DNA of 45,942 nucleotides from a bacterium (GTDB taxonomy: Bacteria; JADJOY01): assembly GCA_046331705.1 (NCBI GenBank), contig JAXLQJ010000021.1, forward strand, positions 62,001 through 107,942. Direction: 5' to 3'. Positions 20,392 to 30,514 of this stretch are shown here, in pieces. Position numbers and translations under genes: made by a program. Position 1 is the stretch's first letter. The number at the start of each line of letters is the position of its first letter. The notes beneath the pieces were generated by a model that was given only the letters and a program-made list of their open reading frames with translations, was not told where the DNA came from and did no database searches.

Positions 20392-22359
20392 TCAGGGGTT
20401 CGCGGGCTTCGGGCTGGTGTTCGATGCTGCCGGCTTCGGCTTGCCCTCGGCGGTCTTCCCGCCGCTCGACTTCGGGGCGGAGGGCTTCGCGGCGGCCGCG
20501 CCCGGCTGCGCTGGCTTCACCGCGCTGCCCGTGGGTGCCGCAGGCGAGGTGGGCGACGGCGCCGCCGCGGGCGTGGGCTCGGAAGCGACGGGTGCGCTCG
20601 TCGAGGTGCCCCTGAGCCGCGCCAGCAACCCCGCGAAGTCGAGCCCTTCCTTCTTCATGTAGGCGAACGCACCGCCACCGGCGAGCAGCAAGACCGCGAC
20701 GATCGCCGCCGCGACGTACACCATCGGGCTGGTGCCACCGCCGCGCACGGATTCGAGCCAGGCCTTGATCGGCGCGGGCTCGGAACCGTCCGCCATGCTG
20801 CGTTTGATGGCCTTGTCGAAGAGCGCGGGCTCGGCGCGCAGCGCTTGGTAGGCCACCAGCCGCGCGGGTGGATCGACCTTGCGATTCTTCGCGAACGGCA
20901 GCACCAGCTTCTCGCCGTGCCCCGCGGCCACCAGCGCCTTGAGCAGCGGCTCCACGGTTTGCTTGCGCCAGCCCGCACCGTCGCGCGCCAGCGCCAGCTC
21001 GCCGAGCATGGCGATCGTGGCGGGATCGCCGGCCTTCACCAACGCGTCCACCACCGGCTCCGCGGCACCGTGGTCGGCCTTCTCCAGGAACGACTTCACC
21101 TCGCCGATGAGCGGCATCAGCGCCGCGGCGGGCATGGCCGCGAGCAACGGGCCCGCGGTCTTGGCGTTGCGCAGCAGATCGCGGGCGATCGCCGGGTTGG
21201 GATCGCATCTGGGCAGGACCTGCACCAGGCCGCGCTGCGCGGGCGCCGAGAGCTTGGCGAAGTCGAGGTGCTTCCAGACGGTCTTGAGCCCCACCTTCTG
21301 CACCAGCGCGATCGCCGCGTCGAGGGCGGCACGGTCGGCGCCGGCGCGCTCCATGAACCCGTGCACGAAGCCCTGGGAGATGCGGGAACGATCGCCCGAC
21401 AGCAAGCGCTCCACCTCGGGCTTGGCGATCTCGTTGAGGCGGACGCTCGCGGCGATGGTCTCGCCGATGGGCTCGCGTTCGATGGCGGCCGAGAGCGCCA
21501 CCGCGAACGGGTCCTTGCGCTGCGCCAGCTCGCCGAGCACCGCGACCAAGTCCAGGTCGACGTCGTGCTTGAGGATCTGCACCACCGAGATCGAGAGCTT
21601 GCGCGGATCGAGCGAGGGTGCCAGCGCCGGGTGCGCCGCCGCGAAGTCCACCTGCGCCTTGACCCAGAAAGCCGGGTCCTCGCAGCCGCGCTTGAGCTCG
21701 GCGCGGCGCGCGTCGTCGACGTCGAAGCCGTGCTCGCGAGCGCTCGCGAGCAGCGCGTCGAGCGGAAGCTGGAACTCCTCGCGCACCGCCGCGGCGTCGA
21801 GATCGCGCGAATGAACCGCGAGCGTCGTGTCGCTCAGGCTCATCGCGGCCTCGGAGCGCAGCGCCAGCAGCTCTTGCTTGGCGGTCGTCGGGTCGACGAA
21901 GGCCGCGTCGAGCGCGTCGGTGAAGCTGTCCTCGCAGACGCACACGAAGCCCTCGGCGCCGTCCATCCACAGCCAATCGCGGAAGCCCTCCACCGCTTCG
22001 GCCTGCGGCTTCAGGTTCGCCAGCTCCTCGGCGAAGCGCAGCATGTCGTTCACTTCCGGGCCCACCTCGTCGATGCGGATCTCGCGCAGCCCGGCCATGA
22101 ACGCGGGCAGCACCCAGCGACCTTCCTTGGCCTTGGGGCCGAGCGCTTCCTGGCCGTCGACCAGGAGCGACGTGCCGTCGAGAGTCAGCGTGGCGTCGGG
22201 GGTCGCGAGCCAGGCGTCGATGGCCTGGCGCGCCATGCCTTCGAGGTCGAAGGCGCCTTGCTGCATCGAGTGGATCAAACCGCCCAGGGCGAGGGCGATC
22301 GGAGACGCCGCCACCGGCGCCTTGCTCGCGCCGCGAGCGGTGTCCTTCGTCGTCGCCAT
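20392..22359 (-). CDS. Hypothetical alpha-helical (HEAT-like) protein with C-terminal transmembrane helix and Pro/Ala/Lys-rich tail
   Basis: 655-aa ORF with typical GC3-rich coding pattern; Leu/Ala helical repeats; TM segment VYVAAAIVAVLLLAGGGAFAYM. Confidence 0.65.
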   Translation of the reverse strand: MATTKDTARGASKAPVAASPIALALGGLIHSMQQGAFDLEGMARQAIDAWLATPDATLTLDGTSLLVDGQEALGPKAKEGRWVLPAFMAGLREIRIDEVGPEVNDMLRFAEELANLKPQAEAVEGFRDWLWMDGAEGFVCVCEDSFTDALDAAFVDPTTAKQELLALRSEAAMSLSDTTLAVHSRDLDAAAVREEFQLPLDALLASAREHGFDVDDARRAELKRGCEDPAFWVKAQVDFAAAHPALAPSLDPRKLSISVVQILKHDVDLDLVAVLGELAQRKDPFAVALSAAIEREPIGETIAASVRLNEIAKPEVERLLSGDRSRISQGFVHGFMERAGADRAALDAAIALVQKVGLKTVWKHLDFAKLSAPAQRGLVQVLPRCDPNPAIARDLLRNAKTAGPLLAAMPAAALMPLIGEVKSFLEKADHGAAEPVVDALVKAGDPATIAMLGELALARDGAGWRKQTVEPLLKALVAAGHGEKLVLPFAKNRKVDPPARLVAYQALRAEPALFDKAIKRSMADGSEPAPIKAWLESVRGGGTSPMVYVAAAIVAVLLLAGGGAFAYMKKEGLDFAGLLARLRGTSTSAPVASEPTPAAAPSPTSPAAPTGSAVKPAQPGAAAAKPSAPKSSGGKTAEGKPKPAASNTSPKPANP

Positions 22360-22580
22360 GGGGGGAGTCTCGATGAGCCCGGGTGAGCTCCGCGTGGGGA
22401 AACGAGCGGGAAACCCCGCTTGCAGCGCATCCTACCGGCGCGCCGTCGCCTGGTGCAACGCGTTCTGCCGCGATCGCCCGCCCGCTGCGGACGCGCCGAA
22501 GCGCGCCCGCTCCGATGTCAGACGGATGGCTGCGGTGCCCGGCGGCTGTGACGTTGCGCCCGCGGACGATGCGCGCCGGG

Positions 22581-22934
22581 TCAAGGAACGAGCCGGATCG
22601 CGAAGGGATAGCGGTAGCGCTCGCCGCGGCCGACGGCCCGCGCGGCCTGGACCACCAGCACCACGTCGGCCACCGCCAGCGCCACGAGCAACGGAACGCC
22701 GAGGCCCACGATCGACAGTCCCGCGCACGCGAGCCCCGCGAGCAGCACGGTGAGCTGGAAGTTGATGGACTCGCGCGCCTCGGCTTCGACGCGACGCGAC
22801 TCTCCCTTGTACGACGCCCAGATCGCCGCTGGCACGATCAGGTTGCCGAACGGCAGCCCGAGGAACACCGCGAGCGACCCGACGTGGCACGCGACGGCCC
22901 AGAACCGCTCGTTGCGTTCCGGCGTGCGGCTCAT
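22581..22934 (-). CDS. DUF4870-family membrane protein
   Basis: ATG overlaps the upstream stop. Motifs ERFWAVACH, EARESINFQLT and GERYRYPFAIRLV. Confidence 0.85.
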   Translation of the reverse strand: MSRTPERNERFWAVACHVGSLAVFLGLPFGNLIVPAAIWASYKGESRRVEAEARESINFQLTVLLAGLACAGLSIVGLGVPLLVALAVADVVLVVQAARAVGRGERYRYPFAIRLVP

Positions 22935-23752
22935 CCCACCCCGCGTGCGATCAAGTCCTCTTCGCTCAGGCCGAGGTAATGCCCGATCTCGTGGATGAGC
23001 GTGACGGCGATCTCTTCCATCAGCTCCTCCGGCGAGCGGCTCGTGAGCTCGAGACAGCGCTGGTAGAGCACCACCGTGTCGGGCGGAGCGCCGCCGTCCA
23101 GCACACTCTTCTCGGCAAGCGGCACGCCGCGGAAGAGCCCCAGGATCAGCGGTGAAAGCGGCGGCGTGGAGGCCCGCAGCTCCTCCAAGGACGGGAACTC
23201 CTCCACCTGGATGCTGACGTTCTCCAGCGCGCTTTGGATGTCGCGCGGAAGCTGCTCCAGCGTGTCGTCGACCACGCTGTCGAACGCCGCGCGATCGAGC
23301 GGCGCGACCGTGCGATAGGTCTCGTCGCGCCGCGCCGCTTCGGCGTAGAGTGCCTGCGCTTCCGTCGACCGGCCGTCGCGCTCCGCGATCACCGCGCACA
23401 GGAACGCGGCCTCGGCGTGCTCGCCGGGCTCGCTCAGCAGCGGCTCGAGCGCACGCCGCGCGCCGTCGAAGTCGCAGCTCTCGAAGAGCGCGGCGCCGAG
23501 CAGCGCCATGGCGCCGCGGTCGTCCGGGTCGAGCTCGAGGGCCTCGCGGACGTTCTCCGCGGCGCTCTCGGGATCGTCCATGCGCAACAGGATCTCGGCC
23601 GCGAGCAGGTAGCCGTCGGGGTGCTCGGGCTCGTGGTCGATCGCTTGCTCGCAGACCGCGAGGGCTTCCTCGAGCTCGCCCTCCTCGAGATAGGCCTGGG
23701 CATCCTCGAGCAGACGAGACCACGAGCTGGGGCCGGTGGGAGGATTCGACAT
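22931..23752 (-). CDS. TPR-repeat protein fused to a minimal zincin-like metallopeptidase domain
   Basis: N-terminal TPR-like helices; C-terminal LGLFRGVP, PDTVVLYQ and TLIHEIGHYLGL (HExxH). Confidence 0.85.
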   Translation of the reverse strand: MSNPPTGPSSWSRLLEDAQAYLEEGELEEALAVCEQAIDHEPEHPDGYLLAAEILLRMDDPESAAENVREALELDPDDRGAMALLGAALFESCDFDGARRALEPLLSEPGEHAEAAFLCAVIAERDGRSTEAQALYAEAARRDETYRTVAPLDRAAFDSVVDDTLEQLPRDIQSALENVSIQVEEFPSLEELRASTPPLSPLILGLFRGVPLAEKSVLDGGAPPDTVVLYQRCLELTSRSPEELMEEIAVTLIHEIGHYLGLSEEDLIARGVG

Positions 23753-23838
23753 GGGTGGCACGAGCAGCGCGCGCGAGAAACGAAAATCGTAGCTGTCGGT
23801 GCGGCCCCGCTGCAACGACAGGTATCCTTCCGTCGTCG

Positions 23839-24321
23839 ATGCACGCACGCCGCAGCCGCGCGAAGCGAGTGGGTGTGATCTCGGACACCCACGGTTTGGT
23901 GCGTCCCGAGGCCCTCGACGCGCTCGGCGGCAGCGACTGCATCGTGCACGCCGGCGACGTCGGATCGCCCGAGGTCCTCGACGCCCTCGCGCGGGTGGCG
24001 CCGGTGCACGCGATTCGCGGCAACAACGACACCGAGCGCTGGGCGCGCGCGCTGCCGCACGAGCGTGCGATCGAGATCGCAGGCGCGCGGATCTACGTCA
24101 TCCATGCGCGCGAGGAGCTCGCCTTCGATCCGCTCGCGCGGGGTTACCACGCGGTGATCGCGGGTCATTCGCATCGCCCCTCGATCGAGCGGCGCGCAGG
24201 CGTGCTCCACGTGAATCCCGGCAGCGCCGGGCCGCGGCGGTTCCGCCTCCCGGTGGCGGTGGCGATGCTCGAGGTACGCGACGGCGTCGTCGAGGCCACG
24301 CTCGTGACGCTCGCGGTGTGA
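23839..24321 (+). CDS. YfcE/MJ0936-family metallophosphoesterase
   Basis: ISDTHG, HAGD, RGNND, GHSH and NPGS motifs. Confidence 0.92.
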   Translation: MHARRSRAKRVGVISDTHGLVRPEALDALGGSDCIVHAGDVGSPEVLDALARVAPVHAIRGNNDTERWARALPHERAIEIAGARIYVIHAREELAFDPLARGYHAVIAGHSHRPSIERRAGVLHVNPGSAGPRRFRLPVAVAMLEVRDGVVEATLVTLAV

Positions 24322-24366
24322 GCGCGCTCGCGGCCCAGCGGCGGTACCCGCGGCGCTGCCCGCGAG

Positions 24367-24864
24367 TCAGAAGCGCGACGTGTGGATGGCGGCGAGCAGC
24401 GCCGAGCGGCGGGCGTCGAGCGCGGCGCGCTCGCCCGCCGCCTCGACGATCACCAAGGTCTCGTCACGCACGAAGAGCCCCACGAGATAGCCCTGGTCGC
24501 GAGTGCCGCGCGGCGCCACGAGATCGAGCAGCGTCCCCGGTGCCGTGCCCGCATCGGAGAGCGTGTCCTCGGCGAGCACGGTGTAGCCCGCTGCACGCAT
24601 CCGCGCGGCGAGCGCCTCCTTCCAGAAGGCGAGCGGCGCGGCGCCGGGGTTGGGCTCGCGTCGTACGCGATACACGACGCCATCGGCGCTCACCGCGCGA
24701 AACGGCGTGCGCCCGTCGCCGGAGCATGCGGCGAATCCGATGGGCGTCATCGGTTGCGCGGCACCGCAATCGACCAGCGCGAGCAGCGCCGCGAGCACCA
24801 GCAATCGCGCGGTCCAGCGGAGCGCGAAGGAGCATGGGTTCGCGCGTCGAGCATCAGCGTGCAT
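24367..24864 (-). CDS. Hypothetical (probable lipoprotein)
   Basis: 165 aa; hydrophobic stretch ending LALVDC; overlaps the upstream gene end; similar to the C-terminal domain of 25471-26673. Confidence 0.6.
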   Translation of the reverse strand: MHADARRANPCSFALRWTARLLVLAALLALVDCGAAQPMTPIGFAACSGDGRTPFRAVSADGVVYRVRREPNPGAAPLAFWKEALAARMRAAGYTVLAEDTLSDAGTAPGTLLDLVAPRGTRDQGYLVGLFVRDETLVIVEAAGERAALDARRSALLAAIHTSRF

Positions 24865-25471
24865 GGCGAAAGCTCTCCACGAGCTCGGACGAGCTCAAGG
24901 TGTTCATCCACGCGAACGAGGACTCGCCCACGTTCACCGGTGCCTCGGTCTTGCGCGAGCGAAGCGATACCGCGACGCGCGCGAACGCTGCGCGATGGCG
25001 CAGGAGGTTGAGCTCGCCCTGCGCATCCTCGATGCGAGCGATGAGCTCCACCATCTGTTTCTCGACCGCCACCACCGCCTCGGGATCGGCCGTGGACAGC
25101 ACCGAGCGATAGCGCGTCAGCATCTCGCGGCGAGACGCGAGCCTGGCTTCCAGCTCGGCCATCGCGGCGCCGAGATCGTCGCTTTGGTAATCGTGGTCCA
25201 CCAGCTCGCCGCGCGCACCGACCGCCTGGATCAAGCCGTCGACCGCGTTGCCCGGCAGCCGGAGCGTGAGCTGGTCGTCGGTCCAGCTCGCGAAGTAGCC
25301 GCCATGCGCTTCCGTCCAGCGCACCGTCTCCTCGGCGGCGCTGCGGGGGTCGGGCACCTGCACGGTCAGCGACGCCTCGATGGCGTTGCGTGGCGGCGCG
25401 GCGCTCGCGGCGTGCGCTCCCGCCGTGGCCGCGAGGGCGAGCGCCATGGTGGCGAAAGCGATGGATCGCAT
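24854..25471 (-). CDS. DUF4349-family secreted protein
   Basis: ATG at 25471 overlaps the upstream TGA; signal peptide; GGYF..LTLRLP; SDDL followed by a coiled coil, matching the DUF4349 pattern. Confidence 0.75.
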   Translation of the reverse strand: MRSIAFATMALALAATAGAHAASAAPPRNAIEASLTVQVPDPRSAAEETVRWTEAHGGYFASWTDDQLTLRLPGNAVDGLIQAVGARGELVDHDYQSDDLGAAMAELEARLASRREMLTRYRSVLSTADPEAVVAVEKQMVELIARIEDAQGELNLLRHRAAFARVAVSLRSRKTEAPVNVGESSFAWMNTLSSSELVESFRHAR

Positions 25472-26673
25472 CACGGCACCCCCGCGCGGATCGCCGCCGC
25501 CACGGCGTCGCGGTGGCGGTCGTGCTCGCGCTCGGACGGAAAGTAGACCTCGACGAGATCGAGCTGGTCTTGGTGGGCGTGCACGGCGATCCAGTAGCGA
25601 TACGGATCGCTGCCTCGCTCGGTGAGCTCGAGCACCTGGAGCTCGCCGGCCTTGCTCGTGGTCACGCTGGCGAAGGCCGGCGCGAGACGCCTGCGGATGG
25701 CCTCCACCCAGAACGCGGTATCGCCACGTGGCTCGTTGGCGCGACGGCTCGTCCACATCGTGGTGCGATCGGCAGCCTCGACGCGAAACATCCCCGCGGG
25801 CGAGAGCAGCACGAAGCCCTCGGGCACGGGAAGCGTGAGCCGCGCGCCACTCTGTGCGACCTCGAAGCGACCGACGCCGAGCGAGTGGATCCAGCGCAGG
25901 CTGGCGATGTCGGTGTCGGCGGGGTTCTCGATGGCCGGCGCGTAGGGGCGCAGGTCGAGCGTGATGGTGGAGAGCGCGCCCAGCGTGGCCAGGGTCGCGA
26001 GCTGGGTCTCGAGGACGTCGATCTCCTCCACCACCGATTCCAGCTCCTTCAGGATCGTGACGCGGTCTTTCTCGTTCTTGGAGTGCGCGAGGAGCACCTG
26101 CAGGCGATCACGGGTGGCGCGCAGCGTCGTCAGCCTGAGATCGGTGTCGCGGTACGCGTGGGAGAGGTCCTCGACGCTGACCGATTGGTGAAGCAGCGTG
26201 CCGAGGGCGCTGATCGCGTCGAAGACCTGGCGAAAGCGCGCCACCGGCACGCGCAAGCTCGCATGCAGATCGCGGGCGTGCTCGACGTAGCCGCCGCTCG
26301 CGGTGGCGAGCGCCGAGGCCTTCGCAATCACATCGGCTGGCGAGGGGACTTGGAGCTCGAGCCAGCCGCTGTAGTGGAGCAGGCGCCGGTCGAGCGTCTG
26401 GGGCACGGCGGCGTCGAGGTCGAAGGCCAGCCACGGCGAGCCCCCGCTCGCGTCGGGTCCATCGGCGTGGGTGCCCTTGCCAAAGGCCTTCTTCGAGACG
26501 CCGGACGCGTCCTCGTCCAGCGAGCGCGAAGCCGTGGGGGACACCCTCTCGCGGTGGGCGTCGCGCGGTAGCTCGTGGCCGCACCGCGGCCCGAGCGCCA
26601 GCGTCACGAGCGCCAGGAAGAGAAGTCGCCGCACCGAGGACGAGATCGTTCGACCGTCGACGTTGCATCGCAT
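25471..26673 (-). CDS. DUF4349-family protein with extra C-terminal domain
   Basis: GGYVE..ASLRVP, SVEDLS..YRD, coiled coil, LSTITLDL. Start may instead be the GTG at 26634. Confidence 0.75.
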   Translation of the reverse strand: MRCNVDGRTISSSVRRLLFLALVTLALGPRCGHELPRDAHRERVSPTASRSLDEDASGVSKKAFGKGTHADGPDASGGSPWLAFDLDAAVPQTLDRRLLHYSGWLELQVPSPADVIAKASALATASGGYVEHARDLHASLRVPVARFRQVFDAISALGTLLHQSVSVEDLSHAYRDTDLRLTTLRATRDRLQVLLAHSKNEKDRVTILKELESVVEEIDVLETQLATLATLGALSTITLDLRPYAPAIENPADTDIASLRWIHSLGVGRFEVAQSGARLTLPVPEGFVLLSPAGMFRVEAADRTTMWTSRRANEPRGDTAFWVEAIRRRLAPAFASVTTSKAGELQVLELTERGSDPYRYWIAVHAHQDQLDLVEVYFPSEREHDRHRDAVAAAIRAGVP

Positions 26674-26813
26674 GACGGACGATGTAGCGCGGGAGTCGCA
26701 GGCATCGGTGGAGACTCGGTCGGCGCTCGATCACGACTCGGTCACGGCTTGAACGGCCGTTCGAGTGCGTGCAAGCCTCGCCATCGGTTCGTGACAACGG
26801 AGGGCTCGAGACC

Positions 26814-28034
26814 GTGATTCCCGACCTAGTCGACCGCGAAGAAACCGCGGAAGTAGCGGCCTATCGCCAGGATCTCGTGCGATGGCTGGGCACCCACCTG
26901 CCGCCCAAGCCGGCATTTCATCTGCCGCAGAGCTTCCTGGAGGTGGAGAGCGCCGATCAGTGCGAGTTCCTCCGTGCGTGGCAGATGCGGCTCTACGAAG
27001 CCGGCTACGTCGGCATCGACGTGCCGCGGGCCTACGGCGGCCACGAGGGCGAGAGCTGGAAGCAGCGGATCGTCGCCCAGGAGCTGATCCGCGCCGCCGC
27101 ACCGACGCTGCTCAACGTGGTCGGCCTGCGCATGGCCATGCCCACGATCCTCACCCACGGCACCGAGCAGCAGAAGCAGCGCTTCGTTCAGAAGATCCTC
27201 TCGGCCGAGGAGATCTGGTGCCAGGGTTTCTCCGAGCCCAACGCCGGCAGCGATCTCGCTTCCGTGCAGACCTTCGTGAAGCGCGAAGGCGAACACTGGG
27301 TGGCCAACGGTCACAAGATCTGGACCACGCTCGGCCAGTTCGCGGACTTCATGATCCTGCTCGGCCGCACCGACAAGGACGCGAGCAAGCACGGCGGGCT
27401 CTCGTACTTCCTGATGCCGATGAAGGCGCGCGGCGTGGACGTGCGGCCGCTGGTCAAGATGACCCGCGAAGCCACGTTCAACCAGGTGCACATCGAGGAC
27501 GTGGAAATGCCGCTCGATGCGCTGCTCGGTCAGCTCGGCCAGGGTTGGCAGGTGGCGATGACCACGCTGCTCTTCGAGCGCGGGGCTGCCGGCGGATCGG
27601 AGCGCGACCTGCACGCGGCGTTCGAGGAGATGATCGCGCGCCTCGCGGACCTCGCGAAGCGCACCCAGCGCGGCGGGCGCGCGATGATCGACGACGCGAT
27701 CATCCGCGATCGCCTCGCGGCGCTCGCCACCGAGGTCGAAGCGATCCGCCACCACATCACCCGCGTGCGCTACCCCGCGCTCAACGACCACCCGATGTCG
27801 ATCCCGCTCATGGGAAAGCTCATGGGCAGCGAGCTGATGATGCGATTGCACCGGCTCGGCCAGGACATCCTCGGGCCGGCAGCAACCCAATGGATGGATT
27901 CGCCTTCGGCCGTCGACGGCGGCGCGTGGCACCTGGCGTTCGAGAATGCCTACGGCCCGATCATCGGCGGCGGCACCAGCGAGATCCAGCGGAACATCGT
28001 GGGCGAGCGTGTGCTCGGGCTCGCGAAAGGCTGA
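26814..28034 (+). CDS. Acyl-CoA dehydrogenase family protein
   Basis: WCQGFSEPNAGSDLAS, NGHKIWT, GWQVAMTTLLFER and IGGGTSEIQRN; GTG at 26814 after GGAGG. Confidence 0.95.
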   Translation: MIPDLVDREETAEVAAYRQDLVRWLGTHLPPKPAFHLPQSFLEVESADQCEFLRAWQMRLYEAGYVGIDVPRAYGGHEGESWKQRIVAQELIRAAAPTLLNVVGLRMAMPTILTHGTEQQKQRFVQKILSAEEIWCQGFSEPNAGSDLASVQTFVKREGEHWVANGHKIWTTLGQFADFMILLGRTDKDASKHGGLSYFLMPMKARGVDVRPLVKMTREATFNQVHIEDVEMPLDALLGQLGQGWQVAMTTLLFERGAAGGSERDLHAAFEEMIARLADLAKRTQRGGRAMIDDAIIRDRLAALATEVEAIRHHITRVRYPALNDHPMSIPLMGKLMGSELMMRLHRLGQDILGPAATQWMDSPSAVDGGAWHLAFENAYGPIIGGGTSEIQRNIVGERVLGLAKG

Positions 28035-28046
28035 GCGGGGGCGACG

Positions 28047-29261
28047 ATGACGACGACGGAGCAGAGCGGCGCGGCGGCGCCGACGGTCGCGCGGTTCGTG
28101 TACGGCGACAAGCAGGAGATGCTGCGCGAGTCGGCGCAGAAGTTTCTCGACGCGCGCTTTTCCACTGCACGCGTCCGCGAGCTGATGGAGACCGAGCGCG
28201 CCCACGATGCCGACGCCTGGCGCGAGATGGCCGGGCTCGGATGGCACGGGCTCTTGATTCCCGAGGAGTTGGGCGGCGCCGGTTTCGACGTCTTCGATCT
28301 CGGCATGCTCCTCGAGCGCATGGGCGAAGCGGTGATGCCGGGGCCGTACCTGGCTGCGCAGCTCGCGACGCTGGTACTGCGCGGCGCAGCGAGCGATGAG
28401 CAGCAGCGAAGCTGGCTACCGGGCGTGGCGAGCGGCGAAGCGATCCCGACACTCGCCCTGTTCGAGAAGGACGCCGGCTGGGCCGTCGCGGCGGGCGGGC
28501 TCAAGGCCCGGCCCACGAGCAAGGGCGACGCGAGCGCGGGCTACACGCTTTCGGGTAGCAAGCTCCACGTCCTCGACGCCCAGAACGCCTCGCACTTCGT
28601 GGTCGCCGCGCGCACCGGAAAGGAAACCACGCTCTTCTGGGTGGACGCGAGGAGCAAAGGGATCGACATCCTCCCCGACAAGCTCGCCGACGAAACCCGC
28701 CGCAGCGCCACCGTCACGTTCCGAAACGTGAAGGTCTCCGCGGAAGACAGGATCGGCGAGCTGGGCCGCGGCGAGGCGTTGCTCGCGAGCACGCTACCGC
28801 ACGTGTGGTGCGTGCTCGCCGCCGAGCTGGTGGGTGCTGCCCACAAAGTCTTCCAGGTCGCCGTCCACTACGCCCGCATCCGGGAGCAATTCGGCCGTCC
28901 CATCGGCAGCTTCCAGGGCATCAAGCACCGACTGGTCGATCGGATGGTGTCGCTCGAGAACGCTCGCTCGCTGGTCTACGGGGCGCTCTGGGCGCAAGTC
29001 CACGAGCCGGCCCGCGCCGAGCGTCTCGCGCGGATGGCAAAAGCCTACGTCTCCGACGTCGGCCCCGAGATCGCCGACGCCGCGCTCCGCACCCACGGCG
29101 GCATCGGCTTCACCTGGGAGTGCGACGTTCACCTCTACTGGAAACGTTTGCATTGGGGCCAGATGGCCTTCGGCGATGGCACGTTCCATCGCCAATCGAT
29201 CGCCGCCGATCTCGCCCTCACCGCCAAGCCCGTCGGCGGCCCCACTCCCACGGGGATCTGA
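28047..29261 (+). CDS. Acyl-CoA dehydrogenase family protein (probable partner subunit of a heteromeric ACAD)
   Basis: REQFGRPIGSFQGIKH and HGGIGFTWE; lacks the SEP..GSD motif of the preceding ACAD. Confidence 0.93.
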   Translation: MTTTEQSGAAAPTVARFVYGDKQEMLRESAQKFLDARFSTARVRELMETERAHDADAWREMAGLGWHGLLIPEELGGAGFDVFDLGMLLERMGEAVMPGPYLAAQLATLVLRGAASDEQQRSWLPGVASGEAIPTLALFEKDAGWAVAAGGLKARPTSKGDASAGYTLSGSKLHVLDAQNASHFVVAARTGKETTLFWVDARSKGIDILPDKLADETRRSATVTFRNVKVSAEDRIGELGRGEALLASTLPHVWCVLAAELVGAAHKVFQVAVHYARIREQFGRPIGSFQGIKHRLVDRMVSLENARSLVYGALWAQVHEPARAERLARMAKAYVSDVGPEIADAALRTHGGIGFTWECDVHLYWKRLHWGQMAFGDGTFHRQSIAADLALTAKPVGGPTPTGI

Positions 29262-29367
29262 CTCGCCGCGCTTCACGAGCTCGGGCGGGACGCGCTCCGT
29301 CGCGCCCACCACGGAACACCCTCGGCTGCGGGGGACCGCCGTGCGCCGTCGGCGCCGACGCGTTTCC

Positions 29368-30159
29368 TCACTCGCCGCGGAAGCTCGGGCGGCGCTTTTC
29401 GCGGGCGGCGGTGATGCCTTCGCGGAGGTCGGCGGTGCCGTAGTCGATCGATTGGCAGAACGCCTCGCGCTCGAGCGCCGCGTCGAGGTCGCCCACGAGA
29501 TTGCGTTGGAGCGATTCCTTGGCCTGCCGTACGGCGATGGGGGCGTTGCGCGCGATCGCGAGCGCGAGCTCTCGGGCTCGCTCGACCAGGCGCTCGGCGG
29601 GAAGGACCTCGCTCACGATGCCCATCTCGCGGGCTTCCGTGGCGTCGATCAGGCGACCGGTGAGGATGAGATCGGCGGCGCGGGCCGCGCCCACGAGGCG
29701 TGGCAGCAGGAACGAGCCGCCCATTCCCGGGTGCAGGCCGAGCGTCACGAAGTTGAGCCCGAGCTTGGCGCCTTGGGCGGCGAGCCGCAGATCGCACGCG
29801 AGCGGAAAGCAAAGCCCGGCGCCGATCGCATGGCCGTTGATGGCGGCGATGGTGGGCACGGGGACGTCGGCCACCGCGAGGAAGAGCCGGTAGAACCACT
29901 TCATCCGCTGGCGGCGCTGCTCCGCGGGGAGCGTCGTCACCTCCTCGATGAAGTCGAACTTCCCGCCGGCCGCGAAGGCGGAGCCCGCACCCGTCACGAT
30001 CATCGCGCGCAGCTCCGCGCTCGCGCTCGCCTCGCGGCACGCATCGGCGACTTCCTCGCCCATCGCGGGCGTCATCGCGTTTCGCTCCTCGGGGCGATTC
30101 AGCGTGAGCGTCGCGATCCCGTCAGCGATCTCGAAGCGGATCTCGGAATAGGCGTTCAT
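29368..30159 (-). CDS. Enoyl-CoA hydratase/isomerase (crotonase) family protein
   Basis: TLNRPEERNA, AFAAGG, IAAINGHAIGAG and DLREGITAAREKRRPSF. Confidence 0.93.
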   Translation of the reverse strand: MNAYSEIRFEIADGIATLTLNRPEERNAMTPAMGEEVADACREASASAELRAMIVTGAGSAFAAGGKFDFIEEVTTLPAEQRRQRMKWFYRLFLAVADVPVPTIAAINGHAIGAGLCFPLACDLRLAAQGAKLGLNFVTLGLHPGMGGSFLLPRLVGAARAADLILTGRLIDATEAREMGIVSEVLPAERLVERARELALAIARNAPIAVRQAKESLQRNLVGDLDAALEREAFCQSIDYGTADLREGITAAREKRRPSFRGE

Positions 30160-30254
30160 CGTGGGGATTCCTCCGCGCGAAGTCGAGCTTCGGCGTCAAG
30201 CACGCGCCCAACGGCAAGCGCGAAACCCGAGCACCCGCGCCACGCACGGTGTCG

Positions 30255-30505
30255 ATCTCTCCGCGAGCCAGCGGCGAGCCGACGAGCGAAGCGAGGCGAC
30301 TTGGGGGGGACCCAACGCGGCTTGGCCGCGCTGGGCGGGGGTCTGGAACAGACCCGACGGAGTGTCCCGTGGACCGCTCGGCCAACCGGTCTCCACGCTC
30401 GCCGTCCATCTCTCCGCGAGCCAGCGGCGAGCCGACGAGCGAAGCGAGGCGACTTGGTGGACCCAACGCGGCTTGGCCGCGTTGGGCGGGGTCTGGAACA
30501 GACCC
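30255..30505. repeat. Two direct copies (30255-30355 and 30408-30505) of a ~100-bp palindromic REP-like element
   Basis: Near-identical ATCTCTCCGCGAGCCAGCGGCGAGCCGACGAGCGAAGCGAGGCGACTTGG...GACCC copies. Internal hairpins CCCAACGCGGC-TTG-GCCGCG(T/C)TGGG and GGGTCTG-GAA-CAGACCC. Confidence 0.9.
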
Positions 30506-30514
30506 CGCAACGAC

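Noticed and set aside
30255..30505. CRISPR array
   Set aside because: Only two units of ~100 bp, too long for CRISPR repeats, and no cas genes in the window.
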